From: Caecitellus pseudoparvulus
Taxonomy: Eukaryota > Protista > Bigyra: Bicosoecida
DNA: 64,000 nt
Direction of reading: 5' to 3'
NCBI GenBank assembly: GCA_965644315.1
Contig: CBFFRQ010000018.1
Span: 620,001-684,000 of the forward strand
Shown: positions 46,616-57,979 of the stretch, piece after piece
How positions within the stretch are numbered: the first letter of the stretch is position 1
Layout of the letters: every line of letters begins with the position of its first letter
Notes under the pieces: model-generated
Database searches by the model: none
Told to the model about the DNA's origin: nothing
What the model saw: the letters and a program-made list of their open reading frames with translations, nothing else
Program-made: the position numbers and the translations under genes

Positions 46616-46887
46616 TGCCTTTGTTCTAACGATGATCGACCCTCAGAGGGCCAGAAGGTGCGCTTGCCTGCCCGACAATCCGCCCGAAACGAACGATGAC
46701 CAATGTCCGCCTCAGAAAGCGGAGGACTCGCAGATAGATCCAAAGTAATCGTGCAAAGTCAGTTGGAGAAAGTAGGGGGGGGGTGTACAGAGTAAAATTG
46801 CCATGTAATGCATTTGTCTCACAGCCGACCAATCGACGAGGAGGCGGTCCAAACACGAAATGCTCCAGCCAGCGACCTGACACCCAC

Positions 46888-47860
46888 CAAGCAATCGCGC
46901 ACATGAACCCCACTCTACCCTGGCCTTCACACGCCAGCGCCCACTGCTTTCCCCCAAAGTCTGCCAGGTGAGACTCACCGCAGTAACAGCTGTGCCCTTG
47001 CCCCCCCGCACTCCTCCACAGCACGCACACGATGGGAAGGAACTCTCCTTCCTTGTACCTGCAGCAGCAACGCAACGGGTGCGCGATGCTGCTTGGTGCT
47101 ACTCCGCAGCCCATTTCCGTCGAGACAACACAAGGCGCACTGCACAAGCCAGCACGCCCGCATCCAGAGCCTGGCCTACAGTGAGGCAAGCCCCACGCAC
47201 CCCACACACTTGGCAAAGGAACCTGACATCCCTGTGACCCGCATGATGCTTGCCACCGACAGCGCAGCAGCACTGTCGACAAACACCCCAGTGCAGCGCC
47301 GACTGCGCACAGTCAGCATCATGACACCGCCTGGCCCGACCACACCTTGGCCCATCTTGCTCCCATGATTCCCAGTACAGCACTCAGCACGTCTCACACA
47401 TGGCGACAGTCAGGTGCACAGGTGCCATGAACACGTGCGTTCCCGCACAAGAACGCGGAGGTGACCGAAGGTTGCACAAGCTCTGTGCAGCCATCTTGAC
47501 CAAACTGAAGTGTCTGTGCACAGATCTTTCTGCCTGCGCAGCATACACCACGACCCTTGTCACAACCAGATATGTGAAGTGAAGCCTCAGGCGCTGCTGT
47601 GTCTGAGCACTCCAGTGTAAACAGCGCTGCACCCAAATGCGCCATCCGCGATGCACTGTGAACGGGAGAGTGTGACAGCCACGCACGGCCCGCCACACGA
47701 GACAATGTTCATCTTCATGTCCACCACACTGCAGTAAGGTGGAGGATGGAGTTGGGACGGCAAGACACATCGTTTGTACATGTAGGCGTGGGTGAGGAGC
47801 TGGGGAGACATACAAGGGTGGGCTCACAGACAAGGAGCATTGCGACCGTGCCGAGCGGAA
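46888..47860. repeat. Left arm of a 973 bp near-perfect inverted repeat
   Basis: Reverse complement of 49362-50334; paired coordinates sum to 97222. The ORF track gives identical translations on opposite strands. One mismatch seen at 46894/50328. Confidence 0.97.
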
Positions 47861-49361
47861 AGAACTTTGTGCGTGCTTAAGCATGTTCATACTGCGTTGT
47901 ACGTTTTTCTGTTTGTTACTTTGTACTTACAAGTTCGGCAGTTAGCACAAGGCCCGATGCTTGAAGTGGATTTTGCTGCTGTCATTGTGGTTTACGCCAG
48001 AATGAAACAGTGTGCGATGAATTTGAGCAACACTCGGTAGACTTTTTGCGGGTGCTGCACATGTATCCTGTCCTCCCTACAGCATGGGGAGCCCTAAATG
48101 AGAATACTACGTGGAGGATCAATCCTCTGTATCGTTAAATTGAGATTGGACAGTGTAAGGCATGCTTGCCTGTCTGGTTTCAAAACCTTGCATTCGTTTT
48201 GTACACACTGTGTTTGCATTGTACTTCTTGTCGCTGAGTTTCAGGGGGCAGCAAGACGAAATTGCACCAAGCATAAAAGGCATGCTACAATCTCGCAGGA
48301 GAATCGGCTGCACATTGGATGCCTCAATGCCTTAAGATACACAAGGTTGGTCTTCAACGTACATTTTCGTCAACAATCACCTTTTCAAGCTGCATTTGAC
48401 TGCGAGAGACGTTACACAGGCATTCTCACCGCTTGTGCTTGTCAGCGTACGTATCCGAGTTGCTCATTGTTCGCTCTTCAACTTCTTGAACAGTCACAAA
48501 ACATGGGACATCTCGTGCGGGAGACCTTCTTCTCGGGTTTTTCGTTGCTGAGCAAGCTTGGCTGCTAGAATATGGTAGAACTTTTGCAGCATGCTTGAAC
48601 TGCCACTTTCTCAAGGAAGATGTGTCTAGCTAGTAACCATTGTCAGTACTGCACTTCAATTGAAACATTGCTGCGCGTGACTTGTTCAAAGGCTAAAGAA
48701 TCCATCCCAAGGCTACACGAATAAGAGCAGAGAAGCCCCATGATTCTTCTCTGAACAAATATGATTGGATGACTACAATGATTTTCATGGAGTGATAGGC
48801 TACCAGACCATCAGTACGAATAACACGCTTCAAGTTTGTGCGCTGAAGAATTAGGCATAGGAAAAGCAGCCATTCTCGTAGGCTTTGAGACATCGAGGCT
48901 GAAGGGAGAACCACATTAGGGCACCAAATATTGCCTGCATTGCCCGAGCGCATGCGGATTGCAGTTGAAGAATCAATTTTCGACTTGGTTGGTTAGAGCA
49001 TTGAAGCGAACGTTTACCATGACTGAAGTTGTGTGCAATTATCGGCTTCACTACCTCACATCACAATTTGAGCTGTGTGATTACAGTTCCAGGCGTAGAG
49101 TTGAAAGTGCAGAGGTCTTTCATCCCTGTCTAAGTGAGTAAATGCAGTGTAAGGCATGAAGCAAGATTGTCCCTCTTCAATATCAAACGAGAAGGGACAA
49201 AAACAATCTGCCAATCGCATGTACTTTTCACGGATGTGAGCGTTCGTTGCGTGACGATCGATACCACAACAAGCGCCAAAACCGAAGCATTAATTTCAAC
49301 GTAGAATGCGAGAAATCACTTTACCATGAAAGCATGAATTCGCATCCAAATTACAATACAA
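47861..49361. other. AT-rich non-coding core between the inverted arms (candidate centromere core)
   Basis: About 40-45% GC by eye against about 60% elsewhere. No recognisable ORF or intron-exon structure. Confidence 0.6.
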
Positions 49362-50334
49362 TTCCGCTCGGCACGGTCGCAATGCTCCTTGTCTGTGAGC
49401 CCACCCTTGTATGTCTCCCCAGCTCCTCACCCACGCCTACATGTACAAACGATGTGTCTTGCCGTCCCAACTCCATCCTCCACCTTACTGCAGTGTGGTG
49501 GACATGAAGATGAACATTGTCTCGTGTGGCGGGCCGTGCGTGGCTGTCACACTCTCCCGTTCACAGTGCATCGCGGATGGCGCATTTGGGTGCAGCGCTG
49601 TTTACACTGGAGTGCTCAGACACAGCAGCGCCTGAGGCTTCACTTCACATATCTGGTTGTGACAAGGGTCGTGGTGTATGCTGCGCAGGCAGAAAGATCT
49701 GTGCACAGACACTTCAGTTTGGTCAAGATGGCTGCACAGAGCTTGTGCAACCTTCGGTCACCTCCGCGTTCTTGTGCGGGAACGCACGTGTTCATGGCAC
49801 CTGTGCACCTGACTGTCGCCATGTGTGAGACGTGCTGAGTGCTGTACTGGGAATCATGGGAGCAAGATGGGCCAAGGTGTGGTCGGGCCAGGCGGTGTCA
49901 TGATGCTGACTGTGCGCAGTCGGCGCTGCACTGGGGTGTTTGTCGACAGTGCTGCTGCGCTGTCGGTGGCAAGCATCATGCGGGTCACAGGGATGTCAGG
50001 TTCCTTTGCCAAGTGTGTGGGGTGCGTGGGGCTTGCCTCACTGTAGGCCAGGCTCTGGATGCGGGCGTGCTGGCTTGTGCAGTGCGCCTTGTGTTGTCTC
50101 GACGGAAATGGGCTGCGGAGTAGCACCAAGCAGCATCGCGCACCCGTTGCGTTGCTGCTGCAGGTACAAGGAAGGAGAGTTCCTTCCCATCGTGTGCGTG
50201 CTGTGGAGGAGTGCGGGGGGGCAAGGGCACAGCTGTTACTGCGGTGAGTCTCACCTGGCAGACTTTGGGGGAAAGCAGTGGGCGCTGGCGTGTGAAGGCC
50301 AGGGTAGAGTGGGGTTCATGTGCGCGACTGCTTG
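49362..50334. repeat. Right arm of a 973 bp near-perfect inverted repeat
   Basis: Starts TTCCGCTCGGCACGGTCGC and ends TGCGCGACTGCTTG; it is the reverse complement of 46888-47860. Confidence 0.97.
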
Positions 50335-50467
50335 AATGATGGCTGTTGAGCTGTGCTGTGACAGTGCCACGGCACCTTCAAAAACCTGACACACCACGTC
50401 GCACCCTCGTTTTTCAATTGTGACGTTTAGGTATTTTTTTCTCCGGTTTTTACACTTCTGGTGAATA

Positions 50468-52139
50468 ATGCGCCATGAAGCTGTTCTGTGGGGAGGGCTC
50501 CTGCTGGTTGTCGGTACTGGGACATTGGTGAACGGACCCCGGAACTTCTCCGGGTCAGAGTTCGCTGATGAGGTCGAACAGGAGCTTTGGTCAGGTAAAA
50601 TTGGATGCGGTGTAATATGGGTTTGCGCTGGCTTTCTTCTGCGTGGCCCATACCGTCGTTTGGTGCACTACCCGGCACTGTTTGCTTGCAGGCCCAAGTC
50701 GAAACGCGGACAAAACGCTACGACGAGTGACTGGAAAAGTTGGCATTGCCATGAACCTGTACAACAACGAAGACATCATGCCTGGATTTTTTGATGAGCT
50801 TGTGAAGTTATTCCTCTTGGTTGGCCCTGAATCAGTTGCGTTGAGTGTGTATGAGAGCGGGAGTCGTGATGGGACTCCAGTGCAGTTGAGCCAGTGGCAG
50901 CGTGTGTTGCAGCACATGCATGTGCCGGCAAGGATCGAAGCACTCGGGACTTCAAGCGACTGGAGGGCCATGTGCAACGTTGCGTTGAACATGAACTGCA
51001 CTGTTTGGGACTGCACTTCGCTTCGGGCTTGTCGTGACCACGTGCGCATTCCGACCATGGCTTGCTTGCGCAATGCGGCATTGGAGCCGTTCTTCCCTGG
51101 CTCGGCGTGCTCAGAAAGTTCTATTGAGCAAGGTACGCTGCTTGAGTTGGGTGCAGATGACCACCTGCTCTTCATGAATGACGTGCTTTGGGGTGTGCAC
51201 GATGGGGTTGAGCTGCTGACTGTCGGTGGTGGCTCAGCCGACCTAACCTGCTCTTTGGATGTGGAGAGGCTGAAGCTGTACGACACCTGGGTTGCTCGGG
51301 ACGTTGAGGGAGAGGTGCTGCATGCCTGGTATCCCTACTTCAGGCGCCCTGATGATATTGCAGCTGCTGTGCGAAACGAACCGGTTCGAGTGTATTCCTG
51401 TTGGAATGGCCTTGCAGCATTTCGAGGGAGTGTGTTCGGAGCAGGTGGGGTTCGCTTCCGCAGTTGGCGTAGAGATGAGATGCGCTCGCCACACCCGCTA
51501 GCGCACTTCTCTGGCGTTTTGGTTCGAGACGGTGCAGGTGAGTGGCTGCCGCCTGGCATGGAGGTGCCTCCGTTCCCCAGCTGGCCGCACACGTATGAGA
51601 CTCGAGCTTGTGCTGCTTCGGAGTGCACCCTGGTCGCAAAGGACATGTGGGAGCAAGGACTGTCACGCATTTTCATGCATACGGGGGTGCAAGTGTCGTA
51701 CAATCCGCTGACTCAGTTCCTCCACAACTATGTCCTGGCTTGGTTGAACCCTCTGCTGCACGCCGTGCTCGGGGCACAGTCAACTCTGACGCGAACGGCA
51801 GCGGTGGAGGCAGTGCAGAGGACTCTGCATGGGACCCGATTGAGTCCTGCTCATTGGAAGGCATTGGCTGCTGCGCAGGCAGGGTTGTCTAGCCGTACCC
51901 TCGTTGCCGCAAACGTCCTGCCTCGCAACGTGTCCAGCTTGTCAGACAAGGAGGGTGCGGTGTCTCTCGCAGAGTGGTGGCAAGGCAAGGTTCTCGCAGC
52001 TCCAGCGTGCTCTGTGGGTGTTTGTGAGGCGGCCCTGCCCCCTCTGCATGTTGCGTGTGGCACAGATGAGGAGAACCACGTTGTCACGCCAGACCTTGGG
52101 GCCAGGCATGACACGCCAGAGGAGCTTTGGGTGCACTAG
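50468..52139 (+). CDS. CAP59/CMT1-like alpha-1,3-mannosyltransferase (GT69)
   Basis: N-terminal signal/TM exon, then IAMNLYNNEDI, SVYESGSRDGT, LRNAALEP, LFMNDV, YDTWVARD, VYSCWNG and ASECTL. Confidence 0.85.
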
Positions 52140-52296
52140 CTGCCAAGGCATGTGCAAGCTCCCTGGAAGCGCCAATGCACTCCTCTACAGAGGAGCAATT
52201 GCGATCAGGCTGCCCTTGATCTGCTTGGGCGGGCGTGAGTCCCTAGCAAGCGTGTTCAGAGGTGGGGTGGACTGGCAATGCTGCATTTCCGCAGGT

Positions 52297-52592
52297 CTAT
52301 TCCTCAGCGTACTTCTTCAGCGCAGTCTTGGGCAGCTCGCCGCGCTGCACCTTGACGGCAATGACAGTCTGGGCCCGGGCAAATCGCTTGTTGCGCAGGA
52401 ACTTGGGGTCCACGCCGCGAGTGGTGCGGAAACGGTGGCTCTTGGGCTTCTTGATACCTGCAGGCAGCCGCACACCAGCGTGCACGAACGGCTCGCAAAT
52501 CAGCGCCCCCGGCGGGCGCAGCGCGGAAACGTACCGTTGCGGTGGGCCTTGTAGGTCTGGTTACGTGCTGTGTGGTTCTTCTGCTTCACCAT
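52297..52592 (-). CDS. RPL29: 60S ribosomal protein L29 (eL29)
   Basis: [20 protein letters not shown], intron, then [26 protein letters not shown]. Confidence 0.93.
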
Positions 52593-52945
52593 GGCTGATG
52601 CTGTGTGAGGAGTGGTGCACGAGTTGGCGGGCCGCAGGTACGCTGGGCTGCTCTGCCTGACGTGTGAACGCGAGAACGCGAGAACGCGAGAGACACGAGG
52701 AGTACTGCACGGGTTGCCGGTCGTGGGAAGAAAGTGAATGTTCGAGGTTGTTGTGTGTTGCGCACCCATCCGAGTTCTGGCTGGTGCAAGGCTCCTTTGC
52801 ACCCCTGCTGCCCGACCCTCTGAAACGCGCGCCTGCCAACATTGACCTCTGCCCTTCACAAAAAGTCAGGCAGCGCTGTGATGCAGGTACATTCGCGTGG
52901 CTCTCTGGCCAAGCCGATTCCCCATCTGTGCTACCGTGGGTTGCG

Positions 52946-53671
52946 ATGGCTGAGAGCGGAAATCGATCAGGGCTTGTGGTTTCCTCTTGCACCTCATCAG
53001 CGCCGATTGACAGTGTGGTGGTGCAAGTGAAGGAAGGAGAGCGGCCAATTCCACCTCAGGTGCCCCCAGTTGCCTTAACTGTGCCTGAAGGTGACTTTTG
53101 CGACTTGATTCTTCACATCCCTGCCACATCTGCTGTGGCTCTGAGAAGCACTGCCAGACTTGTGGAGGTATACACCTGCGATGGAAAAGGGTACCGGTAC
53201 ATCAGCACCCTGAAGGCAAAGCAGTGCGGGACAGTACTTGTTTCAGGAGTAGAGATTCCGGTATTCGCTTGCCTGGGCAGTCTGAAGGTTCCAGCAAAAC
53301 CGGTGCTGCAGCGAGCAATTCGGCTGCGTCTGCTTGGGCGAGCTCCCTGTCCCAATAAATCCGACATGTGCTTTGTGCAAGGCTTGATCGTCCGAGTAGG
53401 TGAGGTGAACATTGCCCCTCATGTCCCTCGACCTGGCTTGGCTGCAGCACTCGCTGCAGTGAAGGGCGCTGCCGGAGGACAAGGGAGCACAGACTCACCG
53501 ATGCCAGCCGCCATTCAGGCAAGAATCGCTGACACTGTTGTGCGGCGCTTGGAACCCACATTGTCCGCAATTCTCTCGCGGTTTGATGCACTGGAAGCCC
53601 GATTTTCAGCGCTGGAAGCCCGCATGGCCTCTGTACAGCAACAGGCTGCAGCTGCTACCCCAGAACCTTGA
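52946..53671 (+). CDS. Hypothetical protein, possibly PAAT/C10orf88-like
   Basis: ALRSTARLVEVY...YISTLK resembles the PAAT segment ILSSARNMEVY...YCGTSRG. C-terminal coiled coil. Confidence 0.45.
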   Translation: MAESGNRSGLVVSSCTSSAPIDSVVVQVKEGERPIPPQVPPVALTVPEGDFCDLILHIPATSAVALRSTARLVEVYTCDGKGYRYISTLKAKQCGTVLVSGVEIPVFACLGSLKVPAKPVLQRAIRLRLLGRAPCPNKSDMCFVQGLIVRVGEVNIAPHVPRPGLAAALAAVKGAAGGQGSTDSPMPAAIQARIADTVVRRLEPTLSAILSRFDALEARFSALEARMASVQQQAAAATPEP

Positions 53672-55427
53672 CGAGCTTTTTTCGTCCTTTTCGGGACTTC
53701 GCTGTGCTTGCTTGGCGTTGGTGATCTGGGACATGCTTGACCCCTGCTCCCACTCCAATTTGGGGGAACTCCGAGGCACCTATCCCTTGCGCTGATGCTC
53801 GGCCGGCCCAGGCACCTGACGGGCGTGCTCGGGCTGACACCGGCCTTTGCCCGAGCCGTACTGGGGCAGCAACATGCGGTTCAGTGAGGACGCTGCCTTC
53901 CCAGCATTCCCCGGAGATGGCAGCAGCTGGTGTGCCCTGCGGTGACACAGGGCCGCCAGAAGGGACTGGTTTCCCCCGTTGCTTGGGCGCAGCCCGTCGG
54001 CGATGTGGCCTCGCTTTGCGTGCTAGTGCCCACCTCTTTTGCATAGTCGCGATCCCTGGAGTGGACTTGATCGTGACGTGGTCAGTGATGCCTCTCACGT
54101 CCAGGTCGAGCAGGGCAACCCTCGTGCCACCTGGCAAGTGTCCCATGGTTGGCATCCGTCGCACCAGCTCTGGAGTGACCACACCGACTTCTAGAGACAC
54201 GGCACTTGCACTGACCCTCTCAGGAAGCTGAGATCCATTATTCGCAGCGTGCCGTAGAAGGACTCTCAGCGTGAATGGATGCAAGAAAACTTGCAAGCCG
54301 GTTTCGTGCCGATACAATGCCCAGGATTCATCTGTGCCTTGCACACGCGCAGTGCCTCTATGTGTGTCGGATAGTGCCTGGCTTTGTTTCGGAGTTGGTG
54401 GGTTGGAGACAAGGTCTGTGGCCAGCACACACGCTGGGCCCCAGGCATTGAAGCTGTCAAGCTCGTGCTGTAGGCGTGCCACCGCTTCAGCCTGTTCTGG
54501 CTGCAGTCGCACCTTGGCTGGCAGCTGCGGAGTTGTCTTTCCAAGTGTTGGGAACACAGGGAGCTTGTCACTTCTTGATGCTTGGCTGGCGTAGGTCTCC
54601 GTTGCGCTTGCTGCTTGCTGGGAGGCAGCTTCCTGAAGCAAGCAGGCCAGCTCCCCCTGCACTCGGCGTGCTTCTCGTTCATACTCAGCCGAGGAGTGGG
54701 CCACAGAGCTTGCCAGCCCTTGCCACATTTCATGCAGAGCTTGGGGTGAGAGCTGGACCGCGTCGGAGCAGGCCTGCGCTTCCAAACACCCGGCCAAGCC
54801 TTCACCTGAGGCTGGGGTCACATGTGGTTCAGACAGCTTCCCAGACTTGCTCCGAAACACCAATCGAAAGGCCCACTGCAATTCACCCTTGTATGCGTAG
54901 GCATGGCTAAGGACCTGTCCTGGAGCTGGCTGCCTCAGCGCAACGAGCCCCAGCGCCTCGCAAACCGGCTGCGGAAGGCCCCCTGCCCCTGCGTTGCTCA
55001 GAAAGACTGACGCAACCTCTGTGTCATCTGTCCCTTGCACCACGAGTGGGCGGAAGTCGTCCATGGATGCTGGTTTGAAGCATATGGGGCATTTCCCAGA
55101 GCCTTTCAAAGTCTGCGCCCCAGAAGCCAAGTGAAGTCTGACATGGCAAACCATGCACAGAGCATGAGGACAGTTGCAAACGACAGGCCCAACGGGTTTC
55201 TGCATGCAAATGCTGCATAGATCCAAGTCCCATTCGCTGCAAAGAAACCCAGATGCCTCTCCAACTCCAGCGCTTTCCCTCGGAGGAAGCAGCGGCCTCC
55301 ACATTGCTTCTGGTCCCCCTCAACGCTGACGAAACGCCACCCAACTAACTGCGCAGGCAGGCTGGGCAGCCCATTCAAAGGCAACTCGCCCAGCGCCCTG
55401 GGGGGAAGAGGCAAAATCATTACCCAT
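53655..55427 (-). CDS. RNF10: RING E3 ligase, RNF10/Mag2-like
   Basis: RING CSIC...CPHALCMVC...CPICF, plus YRHETGLQVFLHPFTLRVL...RRMPTMGHLP typical of RNF10. The 5' end is uncertain. Confidence 0.7.
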
Positions 55428-55615
55428 GCTGCGCGAGGCTGGCATCATCGTCTGAAATTTGCCTACACTCAGGCAGATGCCACCGCGCTGCACAATTGAA
55501 GCAGCTGCTTTGTCGCCCACTGCCCCACCAAAAGCTTAGAGACCATGCCAACACTGCCGTGGTACGGCGTACTGCCACTTGTCCAGTCGTGTATAGCTTG
55601 TTGTGGCGCTGACAA

Positions 55616-56743
55616 ATGCGGGGAGCTTTCTCCGCGCCCTCCTCCCTCTGGGCGCTAGGGCTTGGGACCTGCGCGCTGGCCCTGGCCGGAGTGTTGGCTG
55701 GAGCCGAGAGTAGCTGCTTTGCCTCAGTGGCGGGCGTCGACTATGACCTGAGCCCCTTGCAGAGAGCTGTCGACAGCCCTTACACTGTACGGGACTCTTT
55801 GGATCGGCAGACGAACTTTACGTTCAATATCTGTGACGATGTTGACGCATCAGTGCTGCCGCCCCACGCCAGCTACCACCCCAGCCGGGCGAACGTCCCC
55901 GCGTACCAGTACCAAACTGCCTTTGACACGATCTACCTCTTGAGTGGCCCATCAGATCATGGGTGGAATTTTTCACTGGTTGGTGAGTGGGCTGGCCTGT
56001 TGTGAAGCCACTAAGCTGTGGCCTGCCAGGGGCAGTGCACTTCCAGCGACCACTGCCCAAGGCTGTTTCAGTCAAACATGGACGCCTGGCACATCCCACC
56101 CCACCATTTTGAACCCCACATACTTCTTTTTGGTACAGATTCCGAGTTCAAGGCACGCGGTGTCATCCTACAGTACTCTGGTGGTGCAGCAGACTTTTGC
56201 TCCAATGGCCAAGGCGATGCGGTGCAGCGTTCGCTTAGCCTTGCCGTCGAATGCGACCCAAAGCAGACACTGGATATCTTCGAAAACGTAGTCGTTGTGG
56301 AACGGGATAACTGCCAGTATGAAGCTCAGCTGCAGAGTGTGCATGGGTGTCCCGTCGTCTGCAAGTCAGGCTCAGGAGCAAGCACTTCAGTGTGCAATGG
56401 GCACGGCGTGTGCGGCTACAACGAGGCGGCCTCACGAGCCCAGTGCTACTGCAGTGAAGGATTTAAGGGTTCAACATGTCAAGATCGTGCGTAGGGCGCC
56501 CTCGTGGTGTCGGCCAATTGCTCGCATGTGTCCCCCTCCCGCCTGCGCTTCTCAGGCGTCCACTCAACGTCGCCTGGGCTGTCTGTGGAAGGAGTCTTTC
56601 TCATCATCGCTTGCATTGGCCTTGTTTGCGTGCTAGGTGGTATTGTCTTCATGATCTCTCGCTTGCGCAAGCTGCGAGTTGATCCCTCTGCCTATCAAGG
56701 ACTTGCTACTCGATTCAACGAGCTTGGACAGCTGAGTGCGTAG
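55616..56743 (+). CDS. Mannose-6-phosphate receptor homology (M6PR/ATG27-like) type I membrane protein with EGF repeat
   Basis: Signal peptide, then YDLSPL, FNIC, LQYSGG..C, LAVECD and NCQYEAQLQSVHGCP. EGF repeat CNGHGVC...CYC...C, a TM segment, and a cytosolic YQGL motif; 2 introns. Confidence 0.75.
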
Positions 56744-56761
56744 GCAATTCATCAACGTTGC

Positions 56762-57955
56762 TCACTCGCCATCAGCCAATGTGGACGAGAGCCCCCCAAG
56801 TGGCCCTTCAGATGCCAACCCCTGCTGTAGCAAACCCCGAACATCCATGGAAGAATGGTCAACGATGAAGTCTAGCAAGTCGCCTGCTCGCAGGCAGCCT
56901 GTGCTATCTGTGTAAGGGGACAGGAGCTGGAGCGCTAAGGACAGAGTTATTGGGCCCGACCCTTGTGCTTCATCAGTGCTGTAGTGTTGCCAGGCGTCTT
57001 GGATTTCCCCAGGCGCCTCTATCGCGCTCAGCAAAGCCCGGAGCAATGGCTTGGCTGGCACGACATCCCCCCTCCCTCCGCCCACCGAGGCACAGAGAAC
57101 TTCGGCTGACATGAGAGATGTCTCTGCTTTGAAGCGCATGTAGGCTGAAATGAGTGCTGGCAAGTTGCACTGCGCCATCTCGCTTGCCAGGAACTTTGCA
57201 GCAGCAGCAGTGTGACCCCAATGAGCGGGCGTACCAAGACCTGCCGACTCCTGCCGCAGCGCGCCCAAGGCAAGTGACACTGCCTCTGGCGAAATGACAT
57301 ACCCGACTGCATCCACTTCTTCACTAGTGCCTGTCCCTTTTTCGCTATTTGAGCTGGCATGCTCAGGGCGGTCCTCGATGCGCCTAGCAGCGCTCCTGCG
57401 ATGCACGAGCATGGGCAGCTGCTATCGTTGCAAGCCAGCCTTCCTGGCCAGCGACGCACTGTTGCTGTGACGATGCCGAAACTGCAGCAACTAGATACTG
57501 ATGTGTGACGAACAGTAGTTTCACTTCCCCAGTCGTCACTGCGTTTACACTTCCGGGAAAAGGGTGAAGTCGAGGTGCCGGCGTTGTCGCAGCGACCAAG
57601 CCGGCAACTCACGCTGATGCCTGGCCGCGAGCGCTGCGAAGTCCACACGTGCCGTAGCACGCTGGGCTAGCTCGGCTTCTTTCCGCTCTCCTACACCTTT
57701 AGAACCATGGCTTCCAGTTTCCTCCCTTCCTGGTGGCGTGGCGGCCGTGTCTCCAGCACTGGTGCTGAGTGGTGGCGAGCTCTGACCCACAAGCTCTGCC
57801 CCGACAGCTGCACTGGCCGTAGCGACCCCTTCTGCGGAACTGACCGTAGGAGCTCCTTCACTGTGTTTGGCTGCAGCTGTCGCTGGGTCCCCCTGCTCAG
57901 CGTCAAGCGGGGCTTGGGTGCTCGGGCCGACGGCTTTCGCGCTCCCATTCCCCAT
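56762..57955 (-). CDS. Hypothetical protein(s); N-terminal MGNGS (possible myristoylation), degenerate EF-hand-like C-terminus
   Basis: ORFs 57545-57955 and 56762-57412 lie on the same strand and are probably joined by introns. No confident family. Confidence 0.4.
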
Positions 57956-57979
57956 GGTGGAGAGCAGCAGGCAAGTGCA

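Noticed and set aside
46616-46800. Small hairpins (CCGC...GCGG, CCCTCAGAGGG) as a possible snRNA or RNase P RNA
   Set aside because: No convincing U-snRNA, U3 or RNase P/MRP consensus boxes; probably promoter or 5' UTR of the FAM177-like gene.
46888-50334. Intact endogenous virophage (EMALE/Polinton) or autonomous DNA transposon
   Set aside because: Long TIRs and an AT-rich interior are suggestive, but the interior is only 1.5 kb with no integrase, polB, capsid or transposase ORF, and there is no target-site duplication. A deleted remnant cannot be excluded.
46968-50335. Duplicated short ORFs in both inverted arms and ORFs in the core (e.g. 48098-48568)
   Set aside because: They are Cys/Val/His-rich translations of TG/CA-rich non-coding DNA with no recognisable domains; the duplication simply reflects the inverted repeat.
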